A DNA stretch of 64,000 nucleotides from an uncultured Lachnospiraceae bacterium (GTDB lineage Bacteria > Bacillota > Clostridia > Christensenellales > UBA1242), in contig CAZYDU010000001.1 of NCBI GenBank assembly GCA_964646345.1, positions 112,826-176,825 on the forward strand, written 5' to 3'. Each line of letters starts with the position of its first letter. Within the stretch, counting starts at the first letter, position 1. The notes under the pieces are model-generated. The model saw only the letters and a list, made by a program, of their open reading frames with translations. It made no database searches and was not told where the DNA came from. The position numbers and the translations under genes were made by a program. This document shows positions 36,296-46,519 of the stretch, in pieces.

Positions 36296-37507
36296 TTATT
36301 GTTTTTCTAATCCACCGATTTTGTAATACATTTCTTTTAATTCTCGTTTACCCATAAGTTTTGGAACTGGATACAATGGATTTGCTTCCGACTCCGCATG
36401 ACTTGCAAGCTCGTCAATGTCGTTTTTATTTATCATATCAAGCGTTTTTGGAATATTAAAGTGCTCATTGGCTTTTTCAATCCAATTTATAAATTTTTCA
36501 GTGGCGGTTTTGTTATCATCGCCATTTTCTGCAATTCCAGAAATTTTAGCAAGTTTCGATAACTTTTTCTCTATAGTTTCCCCGTACTCTTTTAAAAAGT
36601 AAGGCAAGATTATCGCATTAGCCAAGCCGTGAGCTACGCCATACCTTCCACCAAGCGAATGTGCGACAGCGTGAACATAGCCAACATACGATTTTGTAAA
36701 CGCTAGACCGGCCTTGTATGAAGCAACAAGCATATTTTGTCTTGCTTCTGCATTCCCGCCATTATCGTAAGCTGTTTTTAAATTTTCCACAATTAACTTA
36801 ACTGCCTGCTCTGAATTTTTTTTAGTTGACCTTGTGGTACTTCTACCAATATAAGCTTCAACTGCATGAGTTAATGCGTCCATGCCAGTTGTTGCGGTTA
36901 TAAATTTTGGTAAACCTAAAGTTACATGGAAATCAAGAACTGCAAAGTGCGGAATTAGATTAAAATCATTGACCGGGTACTTATGATGCGTTTGTTCATC
37001 AGTAATAACCGCCGCTATTGTGGTTTCGCTACCAGTTCCCGCAGTTGTCGGAACAGCAATCAAAAGTGGCAGTTTTTTTCTAATTTTCAAAAGTCCTTTC
37101 ATTTGTTGCACGGATTGTTTTGGCTTCACCACCCTTGCACCGATAATTTTTGCACAATCCATAACCGAGCCCCCGCCAAAAGCAATAATTGTTTTGCAAT
37201 CATTCTCAATAAAAACTTTCAAACCATCTTCAATATTCTTTATCGTTGGATTCGGTATAACTTCATCAAAAACAGACAATTTTACACCAGACTTTTCAAT
37301 ATCTTTTTCTAAAGTCTTAGTGAGCCCCAATCCACGAATAGATTTATCAGTCACCAAAAGAACAGAGGGAACTTTTTTACTTTCCAATATTTTTACAACA
37401 CCAGACAAGCTATCCATCAACCTTGGCTCACGATATGGCATAAATGGAATTGCAATTTTCATGATACCCTGATACATTCTACAATAAATTTTTTTAAATA
37501 AATTCAT
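36296..37507 (-). CDS. Iron-containing alcohol dehydrogenase
   Basis: GGGSVMD, PTTAGTGSE, TGMDALTHAVEAY, HAVAHSLGG and HGLANA motifs. Confidence 0.95.
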   Translation of the reverse strand: MNLFKKIYCRMYQGIMKIAIPFMPYREPRLMDSLSGVVKILESKKVPSVLLVTDKSIRGLGLTKTLEKDIEKSGVKLSVFDEVIPNPTIKNIEDGLKVFIENDCKTIIAFGGGSVMDCAKIIGARVVKPKQSVQQMKGLLKIRKKLPLLIAVPTTAGTGSETTIAAVITDEQTHHKYPVNDFNLIPHFAVLDFHVTLGLPKFITATTGMDALTHAVEAYIGRSTTRSTKKNSEQAVKLIVENLKTAYDNGGNAEARQNMLVASYKAGLAFTKSYVGYVHAVAHSLGGRYGVAHGLANAIILPYFLKEYGETIEKKLSKLAKISGIAENGDDNKTATEKFINWIEKANEHFNIPKTLDMINKNDIDELASHAESEANPLYPVPKLMGKRELKEMYYKIGGLEKQ

Positions 37508-37673
37508 AATATCTCCATAAAATTAAACTAATATTATTCCGTTGAAAAACTTTAGTAACCATTTTTATTTTATCAAATAGATAAAATTTTAGCAATAAAA
37601 TAAAATATCAAATTAATTTACATAGACCTTACATTTATGTTAGAATAATTTTATTAAAACAAAAGAGAAATTT

Positions 37674-38225
37674 ATGAAGAAAATTAAATCATTAATTAGT
37701 ATGACCTTGTGCATTATTCTTGTGCTTTTTATTTCGGGTTGCAAAAATAAAGACGACAAAGAAAAATACAAAGAACTTTATGGTATAGCAATTTATCAAA
37801 TGACAAACGAAAATAAAAATTGGTCAACTTATTCAAAAAAGACGAGCAAACTTTCAAATTTAATAACAACCACAAACGGAGAAATTGTTTACAACGAAGA
37901 CCCAGGATTTCTATTTTATATTTATTCAAAAAGTGAAATAACAGCAGATTTATCAGCTAATGAATTTCTATCAAACACAACAATAAACTCTCCAACCATT
38001 TCAGATAAAACTTTGATATTTGAAATGGAAAAAATCAAAGAAAGCTCTCAAATCTTAATTTGCTATATTTACAAAAATAAAGATAATTTTACTCTAGAAT
38101 TTATTCAGAAAGAAAACACTATTCCTGATACTAATGAAACTATTGAACTTGAAATCAACAACCCAAACTTTTCAAAAATTAAACTAAACCTATTAATAAA
38201 TATTTCAATCAAAAATGAATACTAG
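37674..38225 (+). CDS. Hypothetical lipoprotein
   Basis: MKKIK signal peptide with ISGC lipobox. Confidence 0.7.
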   Translation: MKKIKSLISMTLCIILVLFISGCKNKDDKEKYKELYGIAIYQMTNENKNWSTYSKKTSKLSNLITTTNGEIVYNEDPGFLFYIYSKSEITADLSANEFLSNTTINSPTISDKTLIFEMEKIKESSQILICYIYKNKDNFTLEFIQKENTIPDTNETIELEINNPNFSKIKLNLLINISIKNEY

Positions 38226-38246
38226 GAAAATATCCTAGTATTTTTT
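38218..38246. terminator. Bidirectional terminator
   Basis: AATACTAGGA-AAATA-TCCTAGTATT followed by a T-tract. Confidence 0.75.
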
Positions 38247-39505
38247 TATTCTTCTATTAATTCAGTTTTCTTAATTAAAAATTTATCATCAAAAATGTTT
38301 TTATCACAAATAAAAAATTTCGACTGTTTTTGGTTTTCAATTTCACCTTTTGTATCAGTATCAAAACAAATAAAGGCAGAATTATTATAAATTAATTTTT
38401 GGATTAAATTTGTATAATTTTGATTGTTTTTATTGTTTTTTAACATTTTTAGATTAAAAATACGTTTTTGTTTTTTGTACATATTTATTGTATTATTTAA
38501 ATAATTATCCAAAAAATCGTCATTTCTTAAAATAAATCTAATATCATTTTTTATTAATTTATCAAACTTATAAAAACAAGCTCTGCGAGACAAACCTAAA
38601 AATTTCTTGATAGTTTTTTGATTATCACTATCTAGATTTTCAATTAATAACGTTGCATCAACATGTTTTAATTTTGAATAAGATTTTTCTGGAGTAAAAC
38701 CAGACGAATAAAACACCGGTCTATAAAAATTGGTAATATTATCTTTAGATTCCAATTCTTCAAGCACAGTCAAAACTTCTTGCATTGACTTGTCGCCATG
38801 TGTTTCAAAAATTATTTGTTTCTTTTCTTCCAGTGCTGTTTTTAATAAAAAATAAAGTTGTTCGCCGTAAATATTGCCAATACCACAATGTAATTTTGTT
38901 CCTGAATATGGTTTAGTTAGCCAAGCTTTTAACTCTTGAATTTTACCATCCACCTTCAAATAATATCCACCGAGTCTAAAGTGGTTTTTATATTTTCTAT
39001 AGGTCACACAATTATCGTCCATAACTTGTTTCGAATCAAACAAATCAACATATGCAACAACATCAAGTTTAAGACTTTTTTCTTCGGACATCTTTTTCCA
39101 AAAAGCAAATTCTTTTTTATCAATATCAAATTCTGAAATAGTAGCAATACCTTGTTCAATATATTTTTTTTCAAGTTTCAAATATTCTTTTTTATAATTT
39201 TCAAAATTTGCAAAATTATCATAATTTTCATTAATATCAGCGGATATTTGGAAATTTTTTCCTTTATTTGCGTTTTTTATTTTATCATCTATGGTTTTAA
39301 AAACATTAACTTTCATTGCAAATAATGTTGGATATACATAATCTCCTTTCAAATCAACAAGTTTCGTTTCTTCATTTTTTAAATTTAAAACTTCATCTTT
39401 ATCGCCAACAAAAACAACACTTCCTTCATTAATAAGCATGCTTGAATGTGTTTCATGATTTTCATTATTGGTTATAATATTTCCATTGTAATAAATTTTT
39501 TGCAT
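38246..39505 (-). CDS. Amidohydrolase-3 (YtcJ-like) homolog, degenerate
   Basis: YYNGNIIT, VFVG, LVDLKG.YVYP and LKVDG.IQ..KAWLTKPY motifs; metal-ligand motifs are missing. Confidence 0.7.
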   Translation of the reverse strand: MQKIYYNGNIITNNENHETHSSMLINEGSVVFVGDKDEVLNLKNEETKLVDLKGDYVYPTLFAMKVNVFKTIDDKIKNANKGKNFQISADINENYDNFANFENYKKEYLKLEKKYIEQGIATISEFDIDKKEFAFWKKMSEEKSLKLDVVAYVDLFDSKQVMDDNCVTYRKYKNHFRLGGYYLKVDGKIQELKAWLTKPYSGTKLHCGIGNIYGEQLYFLLKTALEEKKQIIFETHGDKSMQEVLTVLEELESKDNITNFYRPVFYSSGFTPEKSYSKLKHVDATLLIENLDSDNQKTIKKFLGLSRRACFYKFDKLIKNDIRFILRNDDFLDNYLNNTINMYKKQKRIFNLKMLKNNKNNQNYTNLIQKLIYNNSAFICFDTDTKGEIENQKQSKFFICDKNIFDDKFLIKKTELIEE

Positions 39506-39509
39506 TATT

Positions 39510-40025
39510 TCACCTTACTTCAAAATAAACCTTAGCACAATTTGATAATCTATAGTAATTTATTTCATCTTCACTAGACTTGTTAAAATATTCTTGCATT
39601 GCATAAAATGTACAACTATGTGCAACCAAAATAACATTCTCATTTTTATCTTTATGATTATTAATAATCTCATCAAAAACATCAAAATTTCTCTGCAAAA
39701 ACTCTTTGCAACCTTCAGGATTTTTACTACTGAAATTTTTATTTAGATAATTATCATACCATAATTGTTCCTGCTCATTTTGTGGCTTACCTGACAAAAC
39801 TTCCCTATCTTTTAATTTATCCAAATACACAACAGGAAGTTTGTACTCATTTTTTAAATACTCTGCAGTCTGTTTGCATCTGTTAATAGTTGAGCAATAT
39901 ATTTTAGAAAATACATAATTTTCTTTAGCTAAGCACATTAACTTACATTGTTTTTTTCCAAGATTTGTAAGTTCATCATTTTCAGCATCGCCATGTCTAA
40001 CAAACATAATTACCATATTCATCAC
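39510..40025 (-). CDS. Histidine phosphatase family protein
   Basis: FVRHG, LT.LG.KQ, RCKQTA, ILVAH and LSNCA motifs. Confidence 0.9.
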   Translation of the reverse strand: MMNMVIMFVRHGDAENDELTNLGKKQCKLMCLAKENYVFSKIYCSTINRCKQTAEYLKNEYKLPVVYLDKLKDREVLSGKPQNEQEQLWYDNYLNKNFSSKNPEGCKEFLQRNFDVFDEIINNHKDKNENVILVAHSCTFYAMQEYFNKSSEDEINYYRLSNCAKVYFEVR

Positions 40026-40168
40026 CTATTTTTATTTTAGTTATATTTGTTTTTATTGTCAAACTCTAATCTCTATTAATTTTATTATCTGTAAAATTAT
40101 TTTTACGAACACCAATTAAACTTTACATAAATATTAGATTATTTCACAAACTAAAAACAAGGTGAACT

Positions 40169-41302
40169 ATGATTAATTATTTTAAAAACTTATCCCTTTT
40201 CAAAAAAAGATACATTCCAATTTTTTCTGCTATGGCATTGGTTTTTGTTATTTCTATAATTTTAATATTTACATTGCCAACAATATCACATGAACTCGTA
40301 ACAAATAAAAATAAAACGTCAAAAAGCGGTTGGCCAATCAGATTATCAGCCCCATACATCGACATGTCTTCTTGGGTAGACACTAAAAGTGCATATAGTG
40401 TCAATGGTGCACCAAATTTAGCAAAACTATATGAAGATTCTGGATTCGCATATTTTAATCTCGGATTTATTCAACCAGACACAACCACCCCACTTGAAAG
40501 TGACGGAACTATTCGCTGGGGCTGGGGCGGTTATTATTCACTTAGCGAAAAAAATAATTCTTCAAGTCAATATCAAGGCATTTTAACTTCTCTAAAAAAC
40601 TTTAGAGCTAAAGGCGGAGATTATGCAATATCTATAGGCGGACAACTTGGAGACGCACCTTGGGTTGTAACACAAAACCAAACCGCTCTTGAAAATTTTT
40701 ACAACGATATTATCGAAACATACGAACTTAAACGAATGGATTTAGACATTGAAGAATCCAACCAAGACTACGACCAAAACCTAGCAAATGCAAAAGCAAT
40801 CAAAGTCGTTCAGGATAAGACAAATATTGAAATTACATTAACAATCCCCATCATGCCAAGCGGTTGGGAGCAAAAACAAATAAATATAATTAATGCCTAC
40901 TTAGATGTTGGTGTTGATGTAGCACTAGTAAACTCAATGACAATGTGTTACGGAACAGGTGTTAATGCAGACGAAGATTACGGCACAGTTTCGGTTAGAG
41001 CAATAACAAATTCTGTTGAACAATTAAAAACTATTTATTCTAATCACGGTATTCTACTTTCCACCGACCAAGCCTACCTTAAAACTGGTGCAACTTTTTC
41101 GATAGGATACGAAAGCAATCTATACCCCGTTTTCACAACATCAATGGCATCAACAATTATTGAAGACGCAAAGAAACATAGATATGGACTTATCTCAATG
41201 TGGTCAATGGGCAGAGACGCCATGCTAACTGAAAATCAAGCAATTTCCACACCATTCACATTCACCAAAGAACTAAAAAAGTACGAAAATATCTATGATT
41301 AA
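40169..41302 (+). CDS. Membrane-anchored GH18 chitinase-like glycoside hydrolase
   Basis: N-terminal TM; APYID, ISIGG, MDLDIE (DxDxE), NSMTMCY and SMWSMGRD motifs. Confidence 0.8.
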   Translation: MINYFKNLSLFKKRYIPIFSAMALVFVISIILIFTLPTISHELVTNKNKTSKSGWPIRLSAPYIDMSSWVDTKSAYSVNGAPNLAKLYEDSGFAYFNLGFIQPDTTTPLESDGTIRWGWGGYYSLSEKNNSSSQYQGILTSLKNFRAKGGDYAISIGGQLGDAPWVVTQNQTALENFYNDIIETYELKRMDLDIEESNQDYDQNLANAKAIKVVQDKTNIEITLTIPIMPSGWEQKQINIINAYLDVGVDVALVNSMTMCYGTGVNADEDYGTVSVRAITNSVEQLKTIYSNHGILLSTDQAYLKTGATFSIGYESNLYPVFTTSMASTIIEDAKKHRYGLISMWSMGRDAMLTENQAISTPFTFTKELKKYENIYD

Positions 41303-41366
41303 AGTTTTACTTGACAAGGTAAAAAAAAAGAAACATAATTAAAGCAGAAAAATTTTGGAGAAACTT

Positions 41367-42209
41367 ATGATTAATTTGTTATATTGTGGAAATGATAAAG
41401 TTTTTGATGGACTTTTAATTTCTCTTTTATCAGCATCTAAAAACACTAAAGATACAATTCATGCATACGTCCTAACAATGGATTTGAGCGACATTGATGT
41501 AAAATATCAACCAATAACTGAAACCCATAGAAAATTCATTGAAAATGTAATAAAAAAATACAACAACAATAATACCATAACTCTTATTGACATTACAAAG
41601 ATGTACAAAGAGAGCATGTTAAACTCAAAAAATCTAAAAAACCATTTTACTCCTTATGCTCAACTTAGGCTTTTTGCAGACATGATTGACGAAATTCCTT
41701 ACAAAATAATTTATCTCGACACCGACACAATCGTCAACGGAGATTTAAAGGAAATGTTCAAAATTGATGTAACAAATTATGAATTAGCATGCGTTGATGA
41801 CCTATACAACTGGTTGAATCCTTACAGATGGAAAGTTAGACATTATTTTAACTCAGGTGTGCTTTTGCTCAATATGAAAAAAATAAGAAAAACTAAACTT
41901 TTCAAAAAATCTCGAGAATTAGTCGCAAATAAAAAAATGATTTCACCCGACCAAGACGCACTTAATTTTTTAGTAAAAGACAAACTCGTTCTACCTGAAA
42001 GATTTAACGCAAAGGATAAATATTATAAAGACATTGTTGTTCATCATTTTTGTAACGTAAGAAAAAAACATCATTTCTTCTTTAGAGTGAAACCTTGGCA
42101 CGTTGATTTAGTTAAACAAAAAATGAATGCATATAATGAATTGCTTGACGAATACTTGACTCTAAAAAAAGAATTTGAAGAAAAACTCACAAACAAAAAG
42201 ACTGATTAA
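41367..42209 (+). CDS. Glycosyltransferase family 8
   Basis: RLFAD, IYLDTD (DxD), YFNSGVLLLN and DQDALN motifs. Confidence 0.9.
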   Translation: MINLLYCGNDKVFDGLLISLLSASKNTKDTIHAYVLTMDLSDIDVKYQPITETHRKFIENVIKKYNNNNTITLIDITKMYKESMLNSKNLKNHFTPYAQLRLFADMIDEIPYKIIYLDTDTIVNGDLKEMFKIDVTNYELACVDDLYNWLNPYRWKVRHYFNSGVLLLNMKKIRKTKLFKKSRELVANKKMISPDQDALNFLVKDKLVLPERFNAKDKYYKDIVVHHFCNVRKKHHFFFRVKPWHVDLVKQKMNAYNELLDEYLTLKKEFEEKLTNKKTD

Positions 42210-42221
42210 TTTCAGTCTTTT
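42195..42221. terminator. Bidirectional terminator between GT8 and spoIVA
   Basis: AAAAAGACTGA-TTAAT-TTCAGTCTTTTT. Confidence 0.75.
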
Positions 42222-42238
42222 TGTTTTGCAATAAAACT

Positions 42239-43717
42239 TTATAATAAAATACAAATAATTCCACCTTTTCTTTCATTAACAATCTTTGTTAATGTTTTTC
42301 TCATTTTTGTTTGAACATCAGTTGGAAGACCAGCAATCTTTGCATCAATCGATTCTTTTACAAGTTCATTCATCGGTTTGCCAAACATATTTTTATTCCA
42401 AATTTCTTGCTTATTAGTTTCAAATTCATTCATCATATATGTTACAAGTGACCCACTCTGCTCGCCACTCCCCACAGCTGGACAAATTTCAGACTCAACA
42501 TCAACTTTAATAATATGTAAACTCGAAGCTTTTGCTTTTAATTTCAAACTAGAGTTACTACCCTTTGTTACAATTTCCGGTTCATATAATTCTAAATCTT
42601 CTAGGTTAGGAGTAACAACTCCATATCCGGTTTCATTAACATTTTGTAATGCATTTTTAATTTTATCATATTCTTTTTTAGCTGATACCAATTCTTTTAA
42701 ATGCGTCATTAATTGGAAATCGTCTTGAATTTCAATATCACAAGCACTACTAATAGTCTTGTAATAAAGCTCTTGGCTTACTGGAATATCAAAAGTAATC
42801 CCACCAGTTGCTAAATTCATTTCCTTTACAGTCGGTGCTTTAAAATCAGAATTTTCAAACAAATCTTCGCAAATTGTTTGAAATTCGCTAATTTTTGAAA
42901 TATTTTGCGTTTTTTCTTTTATGTCAGCCATTAAACCAACAATCAATTCATTATCATAATTTAAAGCACGAACCCATTTTGGAAGATTGAATCTAAGTTC
43001 ACTAATAGGAAATTCCATAAGAATATTTTTTATAATCTCATTGATTTCTTCAGCACCAATTTTCGAAATATCATAATTTAAAACTGGAACATTGTATTTT
43101 TCTTGAAGTTGCTTTGCTAGTTCTAAATTTTCTTCACTATTTGGATTTGTAGAATTTAACACAATAACAAATGGTTTTTGTGAAGCTTTCAATTCTTCAA
43201 CAACTCTTTCTTCAGCTTTTTCATAAGACCCTCTTTTTATATTTGTAATTGAACCATCAGTTGTAACCAAAACCGCAATAGTTGAATGCTCAGTTATAAC
43301 TTTTTTTGTTCCAATCTCTGCAGCTTCTTCAAATGGGATTTCTTCATCGCTCCATGGAGTTTTTACAAGTCTTGGCACTCCTTCATCTTCAAAACCACCA
43401 GCACCATCTATAGCATAACCAACACAATCAATTAACCTTACCTTGGCTTTTGCATTTTTCCCAAAATCAACTTCAACCGCTTCACTTGGAATAAACTTTG
43501 GTTGCATAGTCATAATAGTTTTACCTGACCCCGATTGTGGCATTTCATCAATCGTTCTTTTTTTCTCATTCTCATTCGTTATATTATTTAAAATACCAGA
43601 CTGCATAAACTTAGTGATAAACGTTGACTTGCCAGTTCTAACCGGACCAACAACACCAACATAAATATCTCCATTTGTTCTTTTTGCAATGTCATTATAG
43701 ATTTCAAAATTTTCCAT
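42239..43717 (-). CDS. spoIVA: Stage IV sporulation protein A
   Basis: DIAKRTNGDIYVGVVGPVRTGKSTFI N-terminus; GGIICILL C-terminus. Confidence 0.97.
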   Translation of the reverse strand: MENFEIYNDIAKRTNGDIYVGVVGPVRTGKSTFITKFMQSGILNNITNENEKKRTIDEMPQSGSGKTIMTMQPKFIPSEAVEVDFGKNAKAKVRLIDCVGYAIDGAGGFEDEGVPRLVKTPWSDEEIPFEEAAEIGTKKVITEHSTIAVLVTTDGSITNIKRGSYEKAEERVVEELKASQKPFVIVLNSTNPNSEENLELAKQLQEKYNVPVLNYDISKIGAEEINEIIKNILMEFPISELRFNLPKWVRALNYDNELIVGLMADIKEKTQNISKISEFQTICEDLFENSDFKAPTVKEMNLATGGITFDIPVSQELYYKTISSACDIEIQDDFQLMTHLKELVSAKKEYDKIKNALQNVNETGYGVVTPNLEDLELYEPEIVTKGSNSSLKLKAKASSLHIIKVDVESEICPAVGSGEQSGSLVTYMMNEFETNKQEIWNKNMFGKPMNELVKESIDAKIAGLPTDVQTKMRKTLTKIVNERKGGIICILL

Positions 43718-43840
43718 ATAAATTCTTTCTCCTACAAAATTTATATGAAGCCATATTCTTAAATATTCAAAAATTAAAAAAATAAAAGATGAAACTTACA
43801 AATTTCATCTTTATAATTTTATCTTAAAAAATTCTTTATA

Positions 43841-44359
43841 TTATTTTTTTTCTTTGCCAAACATTTGTTCTTTTGCCATTTCATATTCTTCTTCGGAAAT
43901 AATATTTTTATCTCTAAAGTTTTTAAGTTTCTCTAATTTTTCCAATTTTTCTTCTTCAGATTCTTCATGAACTTCCATTCTTTTCGCATCAGCTACTGTA
44001 TTTTCTTCACCAACATTTTGTTCCGTTTTTTCGTTTTCTCCAGATTTAGACACTTCTGTCACTCTTGTATACTGAAATCCATCAACTTTAACATTATTTC
44101 CATAAATCCCAAAATACGAAATTATTGATAGAAGTCCAAATGGAAAGCAAAAGATTGAAACAAACACTGTATAAAATTTCATTGTTTTTTTATCTACCCC
44201 ATAATTATCCAACATATGGTCAGCCTTGTAATTAAATTTTTTTCCAGCTGAAAAACAATAGATACCTATCGGTATAAAAATCAATGAGAAAATATATAAT
44301 GCTCCAAATACAAAACAAAAGAATGAAACTATATTTAATAAGACTTTATTTTTCTTCAT
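43841..44359 (-). CDS. Membrane protein with a C-terminal SHOCT domain
   Basis: N-terminal TM segments; LEKLKNFRDKNIISEEEYEMAKEQM SHOCT pattern. Confidence 0.75.
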   Translation of the reverse strand: MKKNKVLLNIVSFFCFVFGALYIFSLIFIPIGIYCFSAGKKFNYKADHMLDNYGVDKKTMKFYTVFVSIFCFPFGLLSIISYFGIYGNNVKVDGFQYTRVTEVSKSGENEKTEQNVGEENTVADAKRMEVHEESEEEKLEKLEKLKNFRDKNIISEEEYEMAKEQMFGKEKK

Positions 44360-44361
44360 GA

Positions 44362-45021
44362 CTACCCCTTTAATTTTGATGATTTTAATTTTTTCTTAGT
44401 CTTTTTTATTATACTTGCTTTATTTTCCTTTCCAAGTAGTAATCTTTCAATGTTTTTTCTATGAGCATACCATGTAAACAAAAACAAGAAGAACAATATT
44501 AAACATACAATTTGTCTTTCAGTTTCCGGCAACACAGATTTCATTCTAATCCCTTCAATAACCGTTAAAGATGTCATCAATAAAAAACTCACAACCGCAC
44601 CATACTCAAAGATAAGCCAAATCACAGCACCAACCAATAAACATATAACAGTTGCTAATGGGTTCGCAGCAAGAAACATTCCCATAGTGCTTGACACTCC
44701 CTTGCCACCTTTAAATCCATAAACAACCGGAAACATATGACCAAGTATGCTCGAAATTCCCGCAACATAAAGCATAACATAGCTCTTATCAAAAACATAA
44801 AAACATACAAGTGCTGGAATATACGCTTTTAACATATCTAAAAGTAAATTCAAAGCACCATACTTAAATCCAAAATTTCTTAAAGTATTAGTCATTCCTG
44901 GATTTCCGCTACCAAGTTTTGTTATATCTTGATTTTTACTACGTGAGATAATTCGTGCAAAAGAAATATTACCGCAAAAATACGAAACAACGATTGCAAT
45001 TACAACTTGCCACCAAATCAT
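44362..45021 (-). CDS. plsY: Glycerol-3-phosphate acyltransferase PlsY
   Basis: GSGNPGMTN, DMLKA, GHMFPV..FKGGKGV and HRKNIERL motifs. Confidence 0.95.
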   Translation of the reverse strand: MIWWQVVIAIVVSYFCGNISFARIISRSKNQDITKLGSGNPGMTNTLRNFGFKYGALNLLLDMLKAYIPALVCFYVFDKSYVMLYVAGISSILGHMFPVVYGFKGGKGVSSTMGMFLAANPLATVICLLVGAVIWLIFEYGAVVSFLLMTSLTVIEGIRMKSVLPETERQIVCLILFFLFLFTWYAHRKNIERLLLGKENKASIIKKTKKKLKSSKLKG

Positions 45022-45031
45022 AAATATCTCC

Positions 45032-46357
45032 TTATAAATCTTCTTCTTTTTTGCATTTCATAGTAATTCTAATAGGTACACCTTCAAAATCAAATGTCTT
45101 CCTGATATTATTTTCAATATATCTTAAATAATTATTCTCCATTAAATTAATATCATTCACAAACAAGACAAATGTTGGTGGATTAATTCCACTTTGAGTT
45201 GCATAAAAAATACGAAGTTTCTTTCCTTTTTTATAAGCCGGACTATTTAACAAATAAGCATCTTGCAACACATCATTCAAATCACCAGAACTAACCTTTC
45301 TATGAGCATTCTCTAAAACTTTTTCAACCATTGGCATAAGTTTTTCAGTACGTTTTCCAGTTAATGCTGATAAGTAAACCGATTTAAAATAAGACATAAA
45401 TGCAAATTCTTGAGATAATTTTTCATCAAATTTATGCATTGTATTGGTATCTTTCTCAACCAAATCCCACTTGTTAAGTATTAAAATAGATGGCTTGTTT
45501 TCTTCATTAATAAAAGAAGCTATTTTTAAATCTTGGTCCGATATTTCTTCAGTTACGTCCATAACAAGCAAAACAATATCGGCATTTCGAATTGAATCAA
45601 GTGAACGAATAATTGAATATCTTTCAACAGTTCCATCTTCAATTTTACTTTTTCTACGCATACCAGCCGTGTCTATAAATTCATACTTTGCACCATTATA
45701 TTTAAAAGGAATGTTAACAGAATCTCTAGTTGTTCCAGCAATATTAGAAACAATAACACGTTCTTCTCCAACCATTCTGTTAATCAAACTAGACTTTCCA
45801 GCATTAGGTTTACCAACGATTGCAATTTTAACAATATCTTCTTGGATTTCTTGTTTGCTGTCTTTTGGGAAAAATGTTACAACTTTATCCAAAAGGTCTC
45901 CAATACCCTTGCCATGCAAACTTGAAATAAGCATTGGTTCGCCAAGCCCTAACTCATAATATTCATAAGCAATAGATTCATCATAATTATCTATTTTATT
46001 AACCGCAAGAACAATATCTTTCTTCGATTTTCTTAGAACTTCAACAACATCTCTATCACTACTTGTTAGCCCAGCTTTTCCATCAACAACAAAAACAATA
46101 ACATCAGCCATTTCAATCGCAAGTTTCGCTTGTTTTACAATATTAACCGAGATTTCATCTTGACTATCAAAATCCAAACCACCTGTATCTACCAACACAA
46201 AATTATTATCAAGCCAATTCGCACGATAAAAAATCCTGTCACGTGTAACTCCAGGTTCATCATTAACTATAGAAATACGTTTTCCAACGATACGATTAAA
46301 TAATGTGGATTTACCAACATTTGGTCTTCCAACAATAGCAACTAGCGATTCTCTCAT
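45032..46357 (-). CDS. der: Ribosome biogenesis GTPase Der/EngA
   Basis: Two GTPase domains (GRPNVGKS, GKPNAGKSS, DTGG/DTAG) and a KH-like C-terminus. Confidence 0.98.
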   Translation of the reverse strand: MRESLVAIVGRPNVGKSTLFNRIVGKRISIVNDEPGVTRDRIFYRANWLDNNFVLVDTGGLDFDSQDEISVNIVKQAKLAIEMADVIVFVVDGKAGLTSSDRDVVEVLRKSKKDIVLAVNKIDNYDESIAYEYYELGLGEPMLISSLHGKGIGDLLDKVVTFFPKDSKQEIQEDIVKIAIVGKPNAGKSSLINRMVGEERVIVSNIAGTTRDSVNIPFKYNGAKYEFIDTAGMRRKSKIEDGTVERYSIIRSLDSIRNADIVLLVMDVTEEISDQDLKIASFINEENKPSILILNKWDLVEKDTNTMHKFDEKLSQEFAFMSYFKSVYLSALTGKRTEKLMPMVEKVLENAHRKVSSGDLNDVLQDAYLLNSPAYKKGKKLRIFYATQSGINPPTFVLFVNDINLMENNYLRYIENNIRKTFDFEGVPIRITMKCKKEEDL

Positions 46358-46519
46358 AATAACTCCTTAATTTAACAATCTCATTATACTAAAATATCCA
46401 AAATTAAGCAATACATTTTTAGGCTTTTATTTCACACAAAAAACCTAGACGCTTCAAAAAATTACCTAGGTTTTATTTAAAAAATTTTTATATAACTTTA
46501 AATCATGTTCAAACTTTAT

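Noticed and set aside
35180-42209. Prophage or integrative conjugative element at tRNA-Leu
   Set aside because: No integrase, relaxase, replication or structural genes, and the att-like duplication closes after only 303 bp
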